A stretch of 61,799 nucleotides of DNA, filler included, from Trypethelium eluteriae (Eukaryota), in the NCBI GenBank assembly GCA_051942245.1. It is 4 parts of 4 records of this genome, joined end to end, with 100 filler letters (N's around TTAATTAATTAA, not from the genome) between each part and the next. Parts side by side here need not be neighbours in the genome. Positions count along the whole stretch, not along the records: positions 15,520 to 30,914 come from JAVECL010000652.1; positions 31,015 to 46,398 come from JAVECL010000653.1; 2 more parts are not named here. One strand, 5' to 3'. Shown in pieces: positions 24,358 to 37,471 of this stretch; the first letter of the stretch is position 1, and every line of letters begins with the position of its first letter. The notes beneath the pieces were generated by a model. It was not told the DNA's origin, did not search any database, and saw nothing but the letters and a program-made list of their open reading frames with translations. The position numbers and the translations under genes are program-made.

Positions 24358-26410
24358 GGATGCGCGAGGGATATGTACAACGCCTGGTGTTGGGTTGCGT
24401 GGATGCAAGCAAGCAGCCCGGTGTCGAGCAAATGCGATGCTGAGATTTTTTTTCTGAGGCTTAGTCAACAGGGCTTAGGGGCGGAGCGGGACGAAGCCCG
24501 CATCCCGGAAACTGCATTGCGAACCAGCTGCAGCAATCGGACGCCTTGGTGCTCAGGGCGAACTTCCTCTTGTCAGCTTAGACATCTGCCGTTTGGTGCC
24601 AGTGGTTGTTGAAGCCCTGCCTATTCTTTATGCCAGGAGGAACGGACTCGGTTCGGTACGGGGACTAGGTTCAAAAGCTCCCTTCCAACGACTGTAATCT
24701 GAAACGTCTCCTGGTCTATCTGCAGAATAGGCTTTCATCGGAATATGTCTCATCGAGTCCTGGAGAGTTTGAGCCGTGTTTGCAGCAATGACATCCACGT
24801 GTAGGAGACGAGAGATATTAGTACGAGAGCAGGCCCGGTTCGGTCTGTTTATTAATCAAGTAGAACAGCACATTGCCAAGTACTGCTCCATTATCAAATT
24901 CCATCTCTTGAGTCCCAACTCGCACGCTCTCAGCACCCATCTGTCCGCGCCCCATTGCTGTGCCCCAGCGAAAAAAAATTTCCCCTCCTCCAAAAAGGTC
25001 AGCCTCGTGGAGGATACCCCCCAGATCGGCCCAGCAGCTAGTATCCTCAGTCGGGCCCTTCTCCTGGTCCCAGGGCAATGGTACTCCATCCCCAAGCCCC
25101 CGAGCTCGCCATGCCATACGCAGCCGAAGCTACAGTAGCGCCGCTGCGATGGCCTTGCTTAGCTAGATCAATGCTGACACTGCTGTGTTACCAAGATCTG
25201 CCCTTTAGCTTAGCGGCGGCAATCTGCCACGAGGGAAGCCAGCAGTAGCACCGTTGATCTGACGTGCAGGTCCGCCCAGCTAGCCTGGCGATCGTGAAGA
25301 TATCCCGCTCCCTGTCCAAGGCCGCAGACGACGGCGTGCCAGTGTCGCGTGAGGGTTGGTGTCGTAGTGGTGTGAGACCATCCACGTGGGTATACCTTGG
25401 TTCTGGGAATCTTTGAAACGTAAGTTTTGCTTTGTTCACGACGGAGGCCATTGGCGCAAGTCTTATCCTGGTCGTCTTCCGTGGATGTACTGAAGAAGCC
25501 CCTGAACAATAGATAGCTTAGTTTCCATGATTGCTGTAGTGCCGCATTTGGACTTATTTATATCGCGGTTAATTACACGCTCAGATATTCCAGAACTGCA
25601 GTCATGCTTACTTAGGATCTTATATGGGAATATTATACGAATACCAAAATGCGACAGCTTGAGATATTTCTGGTCACATTAGAACGTTCAATCTCCCTCG
25701 AGGGTACGTTGACAACAAATCACGATTTGATCTTGGTCCTGCGCGTATTTTCCTAAGCTTCAAATCACAGTTCATTTACTTTCAATCCTAAGCCAGGGTC
25801 CGTCGAAAGACTTAGAGACGGTCGAGGTATAAATACACAGTCCCAATCAATATCTTCTTGCGCAATTCACGGCTCCTTCCCCCAGTCTCGAAAATTAAAG
25901 AAAACAGAAACATCGCAAGATGCGCAGCACTTTACCGAACGCCACACTGCAATGCACATCTAATCTGCCCCAGCTCGATTTTGCGAAGTTCCACCGAGAA
26001 TGGAGGAAAAGGAAGATAAATGAGATTTGATGTTTGACCAATTCCTCCGCGTCATCGGACTGTCGTAACAGCCGTTTCGAGGTGAGGACAAATTTCCAGC
26101 ACCCTCTCACTTGAAGAGTGGAACGAGTATCGCAACACCAGCTGAGAAAGCAGAATACCGCCGCCCACCCCCGCCCCTGAAAGATGCAAATGAGGATCGT
26201 GACATGAATGCAACGTATGCTAGAGCAAAGCCATGAAGACCAGTAATTACCCATGAGCGTGACAAATTTAAAGCAATCGAACCGACCATCCCTGAGCAGT
26301 AAAGATCTAGTAAGGCCGTGCATATTTCCTCCAACTTTTCATCTTTTAGGATCTGCCTGAGTTTGAGCATCGTTTCTGGAACATGGTCTATCCAAATGGT
26401 GACGTCTTAC

Positions 26411-27953
26411 TTACATCTGGTTAGGCTGTCCATACGGTGACTGCGGCGGGAAGTTGCTGTTGTTGTTGTAGAGCGTGCTACTCCCGTACTGCGCCGTTCC
26501 TTCCATAGTACCGCCAGGTGCGCTGTACTGTGGCGGTGCTTGACCACTCGCCGGTGCATATCCTATTGGAGGCAGTTGCGTGCTGTTGTGCATCATTTGA
26601 GAGCGCATGTCACCGTAACCGGCGGCCGAGCCAGGTTGAGAACCACTGTCGGTTGCGCTTCGACCATCGGCCTGGCGCTGTCGTTCTTCATCGGCTTTGC
26701 GCTGGTTCTCCTCTTCCTTCTTCTTAGCTTTCCATTCCTTCCGAATTTCCTTGAATTCTGTATGAACGAAAACAGATTAGCCGAAATGTTTTACCTCGTG
26801 TTTGGTGAAGACCGGCGCTAGGCCGGACCCTACAAGCTACTATAGCATGGGGATTAAACCACCGGCTTCAAACTAATCGCGGCCGCCAAAATAGAACCAA
26901 CGATCCGAAGCGCTTCAAGAGCCGGCCAAAAAAACCCATGCTATGGATATTAAAAAGCGAGAAACTAAGATTTTTTGACGTACCCTCAGGCGTGCGCTTG
27001 GTGCCATGCGACTGCATCGTTACGTGAGCATTCAAATGGTTTAAAGTGCCGTACGCTTTCTCGCAGCCATTCCACCCGCACTTGTACATACGCTCAATTT
27101 CTTCGTATCGTCGTCGTGGTCGTTTATGCTGTTGCGCGCCGGGAATCGGAACGAAGGAGTAAACGGTCGACAATGGATGACCGCCCTACATAGCACGTTA
27201 GCACGGGCACTTGCGATTTTATTGGGAAACCCTGCAGAGTACACCTACTGCTGGTGGTCTCGGAGCACTCGCCATTGCTGGAGCACCTCCCGCAGTTGTC
27301 GAAGGTGGATGCCCATAGGGAGCAGGTGCCATATGAGGTCCTGGCGGGTACTGACCAGGCCAGTCTGGACGACCGTACATGGGCTGGCCCGGATGGGCGT
27401 ATTGTTGCATGTCGTGGGGTGGACCATACGGGGAGTACTGGCTGTTGTGAGGGTAGGTCGGGCTTTGGGAGGCGATTGATGGATCTATAGGTACTTCGGG
27501 GTCAGACTTGATGTTGTTGCCATTGTGATGGTTATTGGCTTGGCCATCTGCCATGTTCATGGACGGACTTTGAGTTTGTGCCATTGCGCCTGCGGTGCCA
27601 CTCTGGCCGCCGGCTTGCTGATATGGCCTCTGGATATACTCTGGAAACGAGCCTGATCGCGCGGACGAAGGGTGAATACCGTACTCGGAGGTGGGTGTAG
27701 CAGAAGATGAGAAGGTCGAGGGACGAACGTCTTGCCCCGGCGTATACTGCGCAGCAGACGCTTGATCTGCAGAAGAGCCTTCAGACTGAGGTTCTTGGAA
27801 GGACGGGTATGGCGAGCTCAAACCTGACTGCTGGTATTCCGAGGGCCTACCGTCCATAGGCTGTGTCTGACCGTTCAGGTACGACGTGAGATTCGCGCGC
27901 ACGGCGTCGGGAGTGTTGGTGCTAGGAGGGGAAATGGTGTAGGTTGTTGACAT
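26411..27953 (-). CDS. CON7: C2H2 zinc-finger transcription factor, Con7 family
   Basis: Exons 27953-27249, 27185-26984, 26757-26411. Conserved block YSFVPIPGAQQHKRPRRRYEEIERMYKCGWNGCEKAYGTLNHLNAHVTMQSHGTKRTPEEFKEIRKEWK. Confidence 0.88.
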
Positions 27954-30914
27954 GCTACGGCTTCCCAGCCGTGGCAGAATCGATTCGCCGCCGTGCTCAA
28001 ATGCGACAGGCTGGCGCGCGGCGGGGAGAAAGACCCAGGACCAAGGCTAGTAGGGGCTGGCCGAGGGAAATCGTGTTTGTGTCAGACGGCGATAGCGCGC
28101 GCCCGAACGCGGATGATGTGCAGACGGTCTCTAAAAAAGCTTTGCCAGGAAAGTGCCAAGCGTCAGAAGGAGAATGTGTACGGTAACGTCAGGAATCCAG
28201 GGCGTCCCGTCCGATAACGCAAGCAGGCCCCTGGGCCAAGGCTACCGCCAAAGGGTCACTTTTCCGGACGAGAAGAGGCCGCGAGCAATGAACGGTGCAC
28301 GCTTTGGAGTGGTCCGGAAGTCGACGGTGTGAAGAGGAGTGCCTAAGAAATGGAGGTCGGCTAGCGGCAGATGGGGAAAGGCCGGAGATGAAGCTTGGGG
28401 AGAGGGATGGCGTGTGCCCTGAAAATAGTGTGCCACCCAGTGCAGAGACTTGCGTGAATGCGTGTGGATTTGACGCACGCTGTGAGGTAATGATGCCGGT
28501 GGAAGACGATCGCCCGCTAGCCTAAGACAGTCTACCGAGGCGGATGCGAGTGGAGGCGCGGCCACCGCTCTGTTCCACTCGTGCGAAAAATCGATCGTTG
28601 CTGGCCGTCACGGCCAAAGCGGCACACTCTACGACACCCCCAGTGTGCCCCAGGTCTGGCGGGAGTAGCGGGCTAGCACGCAGAGAGTTTAGTGCTGGGC
28701 GCGCTCGAAAGAGCTGCGGAATCAACCTGGGCGGTCGAGGGTTCGAGCCACAGTCCAGCACAGCACGACGTCGCTTCCTACCTACGTCGTTAACGTAAGT
28801 CGGTCTGCGGCGGTGACGACGGTGGTGGCAGAGGCAACGAGGGTCCAGTAACTACCGTACCTAAGGGTATCCGTATGTACGAGATGGTAGGGAAGAGGGG
28901 CAGGCAAATGGTGCAAATGCTACTGTAGCTGGTAGTAGCGGCCGGAGCGAGTGCAGGGCAAGGCAGAGATTTCCGGGAGGAAGGGCGGCCTGGGAGGAGG
29001 CCAAGACCAAGGTGCTCACCTGCGGACGGATTGGGATGGATTGGGAAGCAGTGGAAACAGGAAGCTGGGGTGCTGGTGCTGGTGTGCTGGGGTGCAGCGC
29101 TGCAGCGGTGCCGAGCAGGGGCACCAGCTGTCGGGACTGCCAAGCGGTCCGGGCGCTGATTGGAGCACGGTGACTGGGGGCAGGGATAGTGCAAAACTCG
29201 CTCGTCTGCCCGTGATTCGTCCTTTGCCGAGCGCGACCCAACTGCCGAGCCTCACCGTACTCCGTATGGATGGAAAAAGCTGTTTGGTTCCTTTCCGAGC
29301 GGCTGTCGTTGGGCGTGGTCCCCTAGCAGCAGCAGAGCACGCGAGCTGCTTGTCAGCTGCATCGATAATAGTGTGCTGCCTAAGAGATACCTCACGTTGC
29401 GGTGAAGGGACGACAGCGTACCAATGGGTGGATGGCGCTTCCTCATTCGGCCCGCCCACCACATCGCCAGAATTTTCCCCAGAGGACGCTTGCTGCAGCG
29501 GAGGCGAGGGCGGCAAGGCGGTGAGAGGGTGCCGGCCAGACCGTGCGCGCGAAACCTCTCTAAGCAGGAAACATTCCGACTTTTCGCAGACGCCACGATA
29601 CGAGTAACGAGGCAGGAACCAGCGAGTGCAGACTGCAGTAGTGTCCGTCCGTACAAGAGGCCGATCACTGGATCACCTTGGATCTGCTGGGTGGCGGCTA
29701 TGTGTGGTAGCAGGTCACGCCAAGTCGTTTGGGTATTAGTAAATTCCTCCTAAGCTTGACGAGTCCCTGGCGCGAGTGAAGCCAGCACCCAGCGCGCCAG
29801 CACGCCAGCCACGTCGCTGACAAGACTCGAGATCAGATTGTTGTGTCCCCAATATCCGCCTTGAGCCTCCCGAAGGGCGCCGCCGGTGCTGGGTCCCAAT
29901 TGGCATTTTAGTCCGCCGTACCTTGGGGTGCCTTGATCGGACTGCACTGGCATGGAAATAAGGTAGAACGCTAGCCGACAGTAGGGCCGGGAATCATGGG
30001 CATGGGCATGAGGCTGAAAGCAACGATGCAGCTAAGGATCGCAAGAGCAAAGCGCGGTACGCTTGTGACTGGCCGCAGAAACACAATCCAGCAGCACAGC
30101 ACCTACCATCGCCCAACTTGCCCTCGCTCTCCTACGAAATCCATCCAATGCGCTGGTATCTATTTTGTTTCTGGCGCGCCAACGAACGCATAGCGAGGCA
30201 TTGCAAATGACAACAGAGATCACAGCCACTGTGCATGCTGCGTGGATGCTCCTGCTGCATCATGCCTGCTAACGACAAGGTTCGCTAATACATGTCATTG
30301 CTGGCGAATTGATCCACGGTTGGAGGATTATTCGCCGGGCCCTTTGACTGGCATCAACTCAATCAGGATCTGACTGACCAAGGCACGCATCTCATCACGC
30401 ATGTGCGACGGTGCAGGGAGGCCATGCTCTGGAGGCAGCTCCCACACGGGGGCTAGCCAATCGCTCACACATGTTCCCTGTGCGACTCGGTCACCGCCAG
30501 GCCGGCAATGGATGTAGGAAAGTCATTATGTACCCCGTACCAAATCAACAGGCTTAGGAGTGCTGACCGTGTCCGTGATGCAACATTGAATTCTGTCAAA
30601 CGCAACACTGGGAGCAACTCGAAACGCTGCTGTGCTCTGATTTGGGTAATCATCTCCGGCTGCACATCCACACAAGATGAATGGGCGACTCCGTTGATCA
30701 GCAGCCTTCGCGCGCCGGATCGGAAGGAGAAAAAAAAGCTTTGTGAAAAATAGCAGTCCAACAGCGGTAAAAGCGGGAAGCATGGCTGTCTTTGACGTCG
30801 ACTTGTCGCAGGCGAAGGGCCATGCACTGCAAAGCGGGGCTGGCTGTTTTCATCTGACTGGCCAGCCGAATCTTCATCGTCCCATCAATGTCATCAGCAG
30901 CCAAGGGAGGGGGG

Positions 30915-31014
30915 NNNNNNNNNNNNNNNNNNNNNNNNNNNNNNNNNNNNNNNNNNNNTTAATTAATTAANNNNNNNNNNNNNNNNNNNNNNNNNNNNNN
31001 NNNNNNNNNNNNNN
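30915..31014. other. Artificial contig linker (44N + TTAATTAATTAA + 44N)
   Basis: Identical 100-bp linker. Confidence 0.98.
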
Positions 31015-31737
31015 CCATTGCACCACAAATCGGTCCACCACGCCTTCTAGTAGTCTGCCTGACAGACTTAACCGCTTGACCCTGGCCCAGCTCTCCACGT
31101 AGATTGTACGCATCTTCCCTTTTGAATGGCACCCCTTGATGTCGAAGAAACGCAGTAATAGAGAAGCGAAGATCAAGATCGTTGCAGTAGCGGGCCCATT
31201 AGTTAGAATGAGATCCGGTGGGGAGGGGTAAAGGAGTAGTGGGAAGCAGGTAAGGAGAGTGCGGAGGGAGGAGAACGGAGTCGTGAGAAGAGGCTGGTGA
31301 ATTTGGCGAGCTCGAGGGACAGTCTTGATTTCATAGTCTCCTACTCTTCGTTGCTGTTTACTTGTACCTGTGCTACCATCGCCTCCGTCAATCTGCATTG
31401 AGCTCGCAGACCCATTCTCCACGTTGCCGCGTAATGACTTCGATAATTGATCCTCGAAGCTCCGTGCCTGCGAAACGCTGAACTCATCCCCTTCCCCCAC
31501 AACCCAGACCCGGCGTGTGTAGTCACCTAGATCGACTTTGCGCAGCATGGCAAGCATCTCGGCGGTGTGGCCGCCGCTGCCGAGGACGATAAGGAGGCAA
31601 ACCGGAGAGCCACGAGTCCGAGGCTGTGGGGGCGGGCGACGTGAGGGAAGGATAGCGAGGAGACGGAGGGTGAGGAGCGGGATGGCTAGAATAAGGAGCG
31701 TTAAGAGTGCGGTGAATAGGGATGATCCGGGTGGCAT
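31015..31737 (-). CDS. ALG14: UDP-GlcNAc transferase subunit ALG14 (3' truncated by contig end)
   Basis: N-terminal TM, LIVLGSGGHTAEM, VPRARQIHQ, PDLILTNGPATA and IYVESWARVKRLSLSGRLL..VDRFVVQW. Confidence 0.93.
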
Positions 31738-32099
31738 GGCGGTTGGTGCTATGGATTTGGAGACCGGACAGACATCCTTCCTAAGGTGGATGTAGACGTA
31801 AATGTAGACGATTCTTGAGAAGTGAGGATCTTTAATTAATATAACCAGTGGCCGGAAAACATGTGGTCTACATGTGGCGTGTGGTAGGAAACATTGCTTG
31901 AAAGGTAAGGTACCTGGCTTAGCCAATATTCACATACACAGCAATTGGTTGTCTCAAAAATGCAAGATAGTGGAATCAATCAATAACGACTCCGAAGAGT
32001 TCAGCCAAATAGAATACTCCGAAATATATGATACAGTCCAATCGTCCCTCTACACCATCGCTAATTCACAACACGCGATTAGCATGTAATAACGCGCAA

Positions 32100-33746
32100 T
32101 TACAATGTCTGCGTTTCACCTAGCCGCAGCGCTAACAATGCCCGAACATCTGTCACGTATTGAAGCCCCTCCAAAAGTGGTATGAGATGAAGTAGATCGT
32201 TATCCGTGGGATCACTGATCCATCCTTCTATGGGTATTGCATTGTCTACGCGAGTGTTAGAAAAATCGGTAACGGCACAAGCAATTACCGCAGCGTACCT
32301 TCATGGAAGATGTAGCTCATAGGACTATTGTCCAATATCATGACTTTGCTTAAATCCGGTTCGACTTGGCTCAAATCCTTAATGTAAGCGCCATTGCGAA
32401 AAGTGCAATGCTGACGATAATAGCGGCCGGAAAAGTATTTTCTTTCTTGCTCTAGCCAGTCGATGACTGGATCTGCGTACTCTTGTACGGATGCTGTGAA
32501 AACGATCAAATTATACCATTTGCAAACCTGAAAAGGGTTAGTGAGCATTTGCCCTTCTCATCTCGTTAGTAAAGCTCACCTTTCGAAGGAATTCATCGCA
32601 ATGAGGCCGTTTATGAACGTAATAGAGAATTGGTATCTGGGGACCAATAGTAACTCCACCACCGCCGACAGGATGCGAAAGCTTGACTTCTACCATGTGT
32701 CCGGTGCTCATGCGCCCACCTTTCGCCATGCTGTGTATTAGAGTTTCATCCAAATCTATGATCAATGTCTTCTGACCCGTTCTGCCGAATCCAGGGCTTT
32801 GTACAGAATAAGAGGGTTGCCTTCTTGGAATGAGCGGTCTTGGCGGCGCTGGAGCGCGAGGATATCGTGTCACTTTGAGTGACGAAGATGTTGCAGGGCT
32901 TGTTGGAGACTTCAGCATTGCGGCTGCTTCTGCTGAAGCCTGTGCACCTTTATCTTCCGACGAAGCTTGAGATTTATGTTGTTTCTTCTTCTTCATTGAG
33001 TCGGTCTTGTTATCTTTAATCCGTATTTTCCGCGTCGACTTTTCCTTTCCTGCTGAAGTTGAAGGGCTTGATTTCGATCGCGTGTGCCTTGCCGGGCTAT
33101 CATCATCCTTTTTCTTCCAGTTCTCCAAGTCATTTTCGGCTTCATCCTCAGATGTAACCGCAGAAGACGCTACTGAAGGTGGGTTTGATATCTTCTTGCC
33201 GCCTCCTCTTGTTCTGGAAGCAAATTGCGGTTCCCTTTCCTCCGTGGAAGAGAGGCCCACTGCCTGCGTCGTGGACTTTGTCGTTCTACGGAAACTCCAT
33301 CTACGAATTGGAAGGACAGCAGAAAAGTGGCCTTCCTCATCGTAAAAACAAGCGATGACGTAACGGCCCGGAGCAAGCACTGCGGAGAGGACGACTCTTA
33401 TGGAATTGACGATCGCCGCTGCGACTCGTTTTGGTAGTGCCCACCGGATATTGCGCTTCGTGTTCTTTTGCTCAACGCCATTTTGAGCGAGCAGTGGTGT
33501 CTTCTCGTCTTCAGCTGCCTCAGATACAACGTCATCTTGATCATTAATATTCCCCTCCTTTTGTCCCTCCAAACTACTCAGCTTCTCAGCAACAGCATGA
33601 GAATCAAGGACTCCAAGGGGTCTCAGATCAGGCTCTGCTAAAGATTTTGGTAGAGGCTCAATCTGCGCTTCTGAAGCGGTACGGGAACGTGGTGGGCTCG
33701 CGGGAGGGGTTGAGCTGAAGCCTGAGAGAGTCTTTAGAGAATTCAT
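32100..33746 (-). CDS. NEM1: NIF/FCP1-like HAD phosphatase, Nem1 (Nem1-Spo7 catalytic subunit) type
   Basis: KTLIIDLDETLIHS (DxDxT), YYVHKRPHCDEFL, VFTASVQEYADPVIDWL and YIKDLS..ILDNSP. Last exon ends DVRALLALRLGETQTL*. Two introns. Confidence 0.85.
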
Positions 33747-34368
33747 CGTAAGCTATAGCGGCGCCATGAAACGAGTGAAGGGCGAGCCCGAGAGAAATGC
33801 GCCCAGCTTCAAGAGCTTGTTACGCTGTCAACATGAGAGCCTGCTCGTGTTGTTGCCGTGCCACTGCAAAGGTCTGCGCTTCGCTGGTGAATGGGCGTGA
33901 TTGCGCGCGATCACGAATGCCAGGACAGAAACCCAGGAGGCGACCTGAGAGCCTCAATTGCAGCGGCAAGCAGCGGCTATATGGAGGAGTTGTCAGCAGC
34001 AGCAGGACTATCATAATGCGGAGAACGGACGATGCATCCTTCGCCGAAAGCAGTTGTCGCCTGACAGCGGGCCGAAGTATCGTAGCACCCCCCACATCCC
34101 CTTCCCATCTCTCACTCACCACTCGTTAATACCGGGCCAGTTCTTTTGTAGCCCCACAACGCCGAAGTTGTGCCCAAGTCACTGTGATATTACGCTTTCG
34201 ACTAAGATTTGTCTTCCGACTATATCACCCGTTGACAAACTCCTAACAGCAACTTCTGGATCTCTCAATGATCTATCTGCGGAAAAAGATTCAATGTCCG
34301 ATATCGGAAAATCCTCGCCTTCGGTAGCACTTCGCCATCGTCTAAGTCTAAAAGGAATACCGGCAATC

Positions 34369-35950
34369 ATGCCGTCAGCCGCAGTGGCTTCAGCGCCGGG
34401 TATTTCGACTTTCTTGAAATCCTTGAAAGGAGGTACTCCTGTCGACAATTCTATAGAGCATCTAGTCTCGTAAGTTGAGCTGCATAGCTGACATTCGACT
34501 TATCACTGAGTCGTGTACAGACTTTTGAAACGAAGGCAAATCCGAAACTCTCGGCCATGCGCAATTGCAACTACTCAACTTCTCCTTCGAGTAGTTGCAG
34601 AGTTCAAGGGGAGAGACGTAGCAAAACTAATAGAGCGAGTTCGCCATGTTGGTCAAAAGTTGACTGCTGCGCAACCACGAGAGATGGCTGTTGGCAATAT
34701 CGTTCGCCGAGTTCTCGGTCTCATCCGCGAAGTCAACGAGGATAAGGAAGAAGATGAAGACATCAGTGCTATTTCCGATTTTGCTGTTGCTGCTCCTCAT
34801 CAACCTAGTGATTCCCTTTCCCGGCCTACGCTATCTTCTCATATGTCAACCTTCAGTCCGCTAAAACACGGAGCCACTATGCCTGCACCTGCAACGCTTC
34901 AACACTTTGATAGCAGTGGAAGTAGCGATTCAGTGGGCCAAGATCAGGCTGAGAATATTCCACGACGACCTGCAATGTACTCTGCCCAAAGTTCTTATAC
35001 GGGCAGCTCTGCGCCGCTGGCGACCTCTCTCTTTGGCTTGCTGTCACATCCGGAGACTCCTTCTGGAGCCTCCACTCCCTCACTACAACAGTCTCCTGGC
35101 GCAAAGGCTTCTCTGACGGCCCGCAACCTAGCTGGCTTCGGCGAGGACTTTGTGAAAGCTCGTGATATCAAGGCCGAGGTCATCGACGGAATCCGAGAAA
35201 TGCTTGATGAGCTTGATCAAGTCGACGACCAAATTGCAGAAAAGGCCCTGGAACATATTCACTCTAATGAAATCATTCTCACGCACACATCCTCCATGAC
35301 GGTCCAGAAATTCCTCCTTACAGCTGCCAGAAAACGCAAGTTCACCGTTGTTCATGTCGAGGCTTATCCAAACGAGCACCAAGATACACATGCTACAATC
35401 ATGACCGGGCGAAAAGCTGGTGCCACTGACGATGCAGATTCTGATCCACGTTTCAAATCGCTCACCGCTGCTGGCATCACTGTGATACTCATACCGGATT
35501 CGGCTGTGTTCGCAATCATGTCTCGTGTTAACAAGGTCATACTTGGTACGCATAGCGTCTTGGCTAATGGCGGACTCGTCGCAGCTGTTGGTGCTCGAAC
35601 TATCGCTAGTGCAGCAAAGGTTCACAAAACTCCCGTCGTGGTGCTGAGTGGTGTCTACAAGCTGAGTCCTGTCTATCCCTTTGACACGGATGAGCTGATC
35701 GAGCATGGCAATGCGAGCAATGTCATTCCATTTGAAGATGGGGATTTCGTGGAGAAGATTGAGGTCATGAATCCATTGTATGATTATGTACCTGCGGATC
35801 TTGTCGACCTGTACATCACGAACTTGTAAGTGAAAGGGGAAGACTGAATGCTACACTCGAACTAATTCATGCAACAGGGGAGGGCATGCGCCGAGTTATC
35901 TTTACAGAATTGTTGCAGACCATTACCGCGTGGAAGACATAAATCTATAG
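34369..35950 (+). CDS. GCD7: Translation initiation factor eIF2B beta subunit
   Basis: LLKRRQI, AQPREMAVGNIVRRVL, EHIHSNEIILT, DSAVFAIMSRVNKVILG, NPLYDYVP..LYITNL|GGHAPSYLYRIVADHY. Two introns. An upstream in-frame ATG at 34294 is also possible. Confidence 0.93.
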
Positions 35951-37471
35951 ACTTCGATGATACCCTGAATTTGTCAGTTTTGGAAAAGGTCTCCTAAATT
36001 CTCAATGGTTCGGCTTTTGCATCTGCGATCTACAATACTGGGACAAAATGCCCGGGCAACCTCCAGCAATTTTCACGCCCCAGCGAGCGGACCCTTTTTC
36101 GTATGATTGTATCTCTCCATTCCTAAATTGTCTCTGGCACCTTCAGCTCGTACAGATTCTAATCCAGTCCACTTCATCCGGTCCAGAAGTCATTCTCCAT
36201 CACTACCAGATTTACACAGGGCCAAAAGTTCTGCCTTCATTCGACGAGATTCTTGCGACTTCTTCAAGACCTTATGGAGAAAGGAAGCAGTCAGAGAATT
36301 GGCATTAAAGTCCGCGGTAGATCTCACTTATGATTGGCGATGCATTTGACTGGGACGTAGTACGGACTGAATGAACGCTCACAGTGAAGCCAAGTGGAAC
36401 GTATTTAGGAAACTTCCGAATCTCGGTCGGGATTCCCTAGGTACTTGATTATGAAAGTTCAGTCCATTTTAGGAGCAGGATACAATCTTACGAGAACTTA
36501 GATCCGGCTAATCTCTGGATATCACAAGAACTTTGACGCAAGTCTTAAGAAGGGACATTGAAAGTTTCAGCTAATAGAATCTCTCAGGGTAGTCAAGTGC
36601 ACGATGAAAGACGGGACTTGGAAATGTCACGTGCGAACGCGAACATCTCGCGCTGCCAATGTTCTAGAACGTCTTGAAGATAAGGGATATCTCAGCACTC
36701 CAAATTGCGAGCTTTTGCCGCAACCTACGAAGATGGCATCTGGAAGGTGGAGCGCATTTATCTGCATGTAATTGGCTTTTATGACGGAAGTTTCCCCGAT
36801 CTGACCATTACCGCTCCCCACAATTTCTTCATGTTCTCGATTCTTTAGTGGTGTGGCTAACGCCCGTTGCCGTGGAGATGCGCGACGGACAAACACCAAC
36901 CGGGAGGTGATTGGGTACCTGCAATCTCACGACAACCCTCCGGTGCTCCCCTCATCGGAAGGTTCCAAATCCAATTGTTGGTCCCAGCCCACTACAGCCA
37001 TTACGCAACTTCTTGCAGCCAATCTGCCGCTTTTAATTGGCTGTAGCAAGAGTATTTCCTTGCTCGGCCTCGTGAAGGCTGCGGTGGCTGGTTCTCGGGC
37101 ATGGACAGTGGCGTCAGCCCCGCCATGGGACTTTTCCTGTTTACAGCCGTCGGCCTATCTCGCGGCCGCACTATCTTACTAGACTCCTACCTTAATGATC
37201 TGCAAACCCTCGTCCTCGAGCCATCCATTGCATACTGCTACAACTTCTACATCTCTCTCACCTTCAGTCGCCGCGGATTTCCATTCGTCTGGTAAGGATC
37301 GTGCACCCTCCTCCTTCCGATACTCGAACTAGCGCCTGCTCGAGCACGAGACTGTTCAGCGGCAGGCTTCAAAACAATGTTTTTCTGGTAGCCATTGTAT
37401 CACCACCGCTCCGGCGGACACATATCTCAGCATTGTTATCTAATTTTTTCCCTTGCGTTCGGACGTTCATA

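Noticed and set aside
24600..26100. Overlapping 60-140 aa ORFs between the PPR gene and CON7, or a possible ncRNA
   Set aside because: No domain-like content, and I saw no RNase P/MRP, snRNA or telomerase-template signature.
28694..28760. tRNA-like spacing: GCTGGGC/GTCCAGC-A acceptor-like pairing, GCTC-GAAA-GAGC hairpin and GGTTCGAG
   Set aside because: The anticodon and T stems do not pair, the D-loop is only 4 nt and there is no A-box. Probably chance in GC-rich DNA.
28790..29753. Stacked ORFs of 100-218 aa on both strands
   Set aside because: Expected in GC-rich non-coding DNA. The translations are low-information and carry no motifs.
33958..34368. Long in-frame extension upstream of eIF2B beta
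   Set aside because: It lies in the divergent NEM1/GCD7 promoter and has no targeting-peptide character. Conserved sequence appears to begin near 34369.
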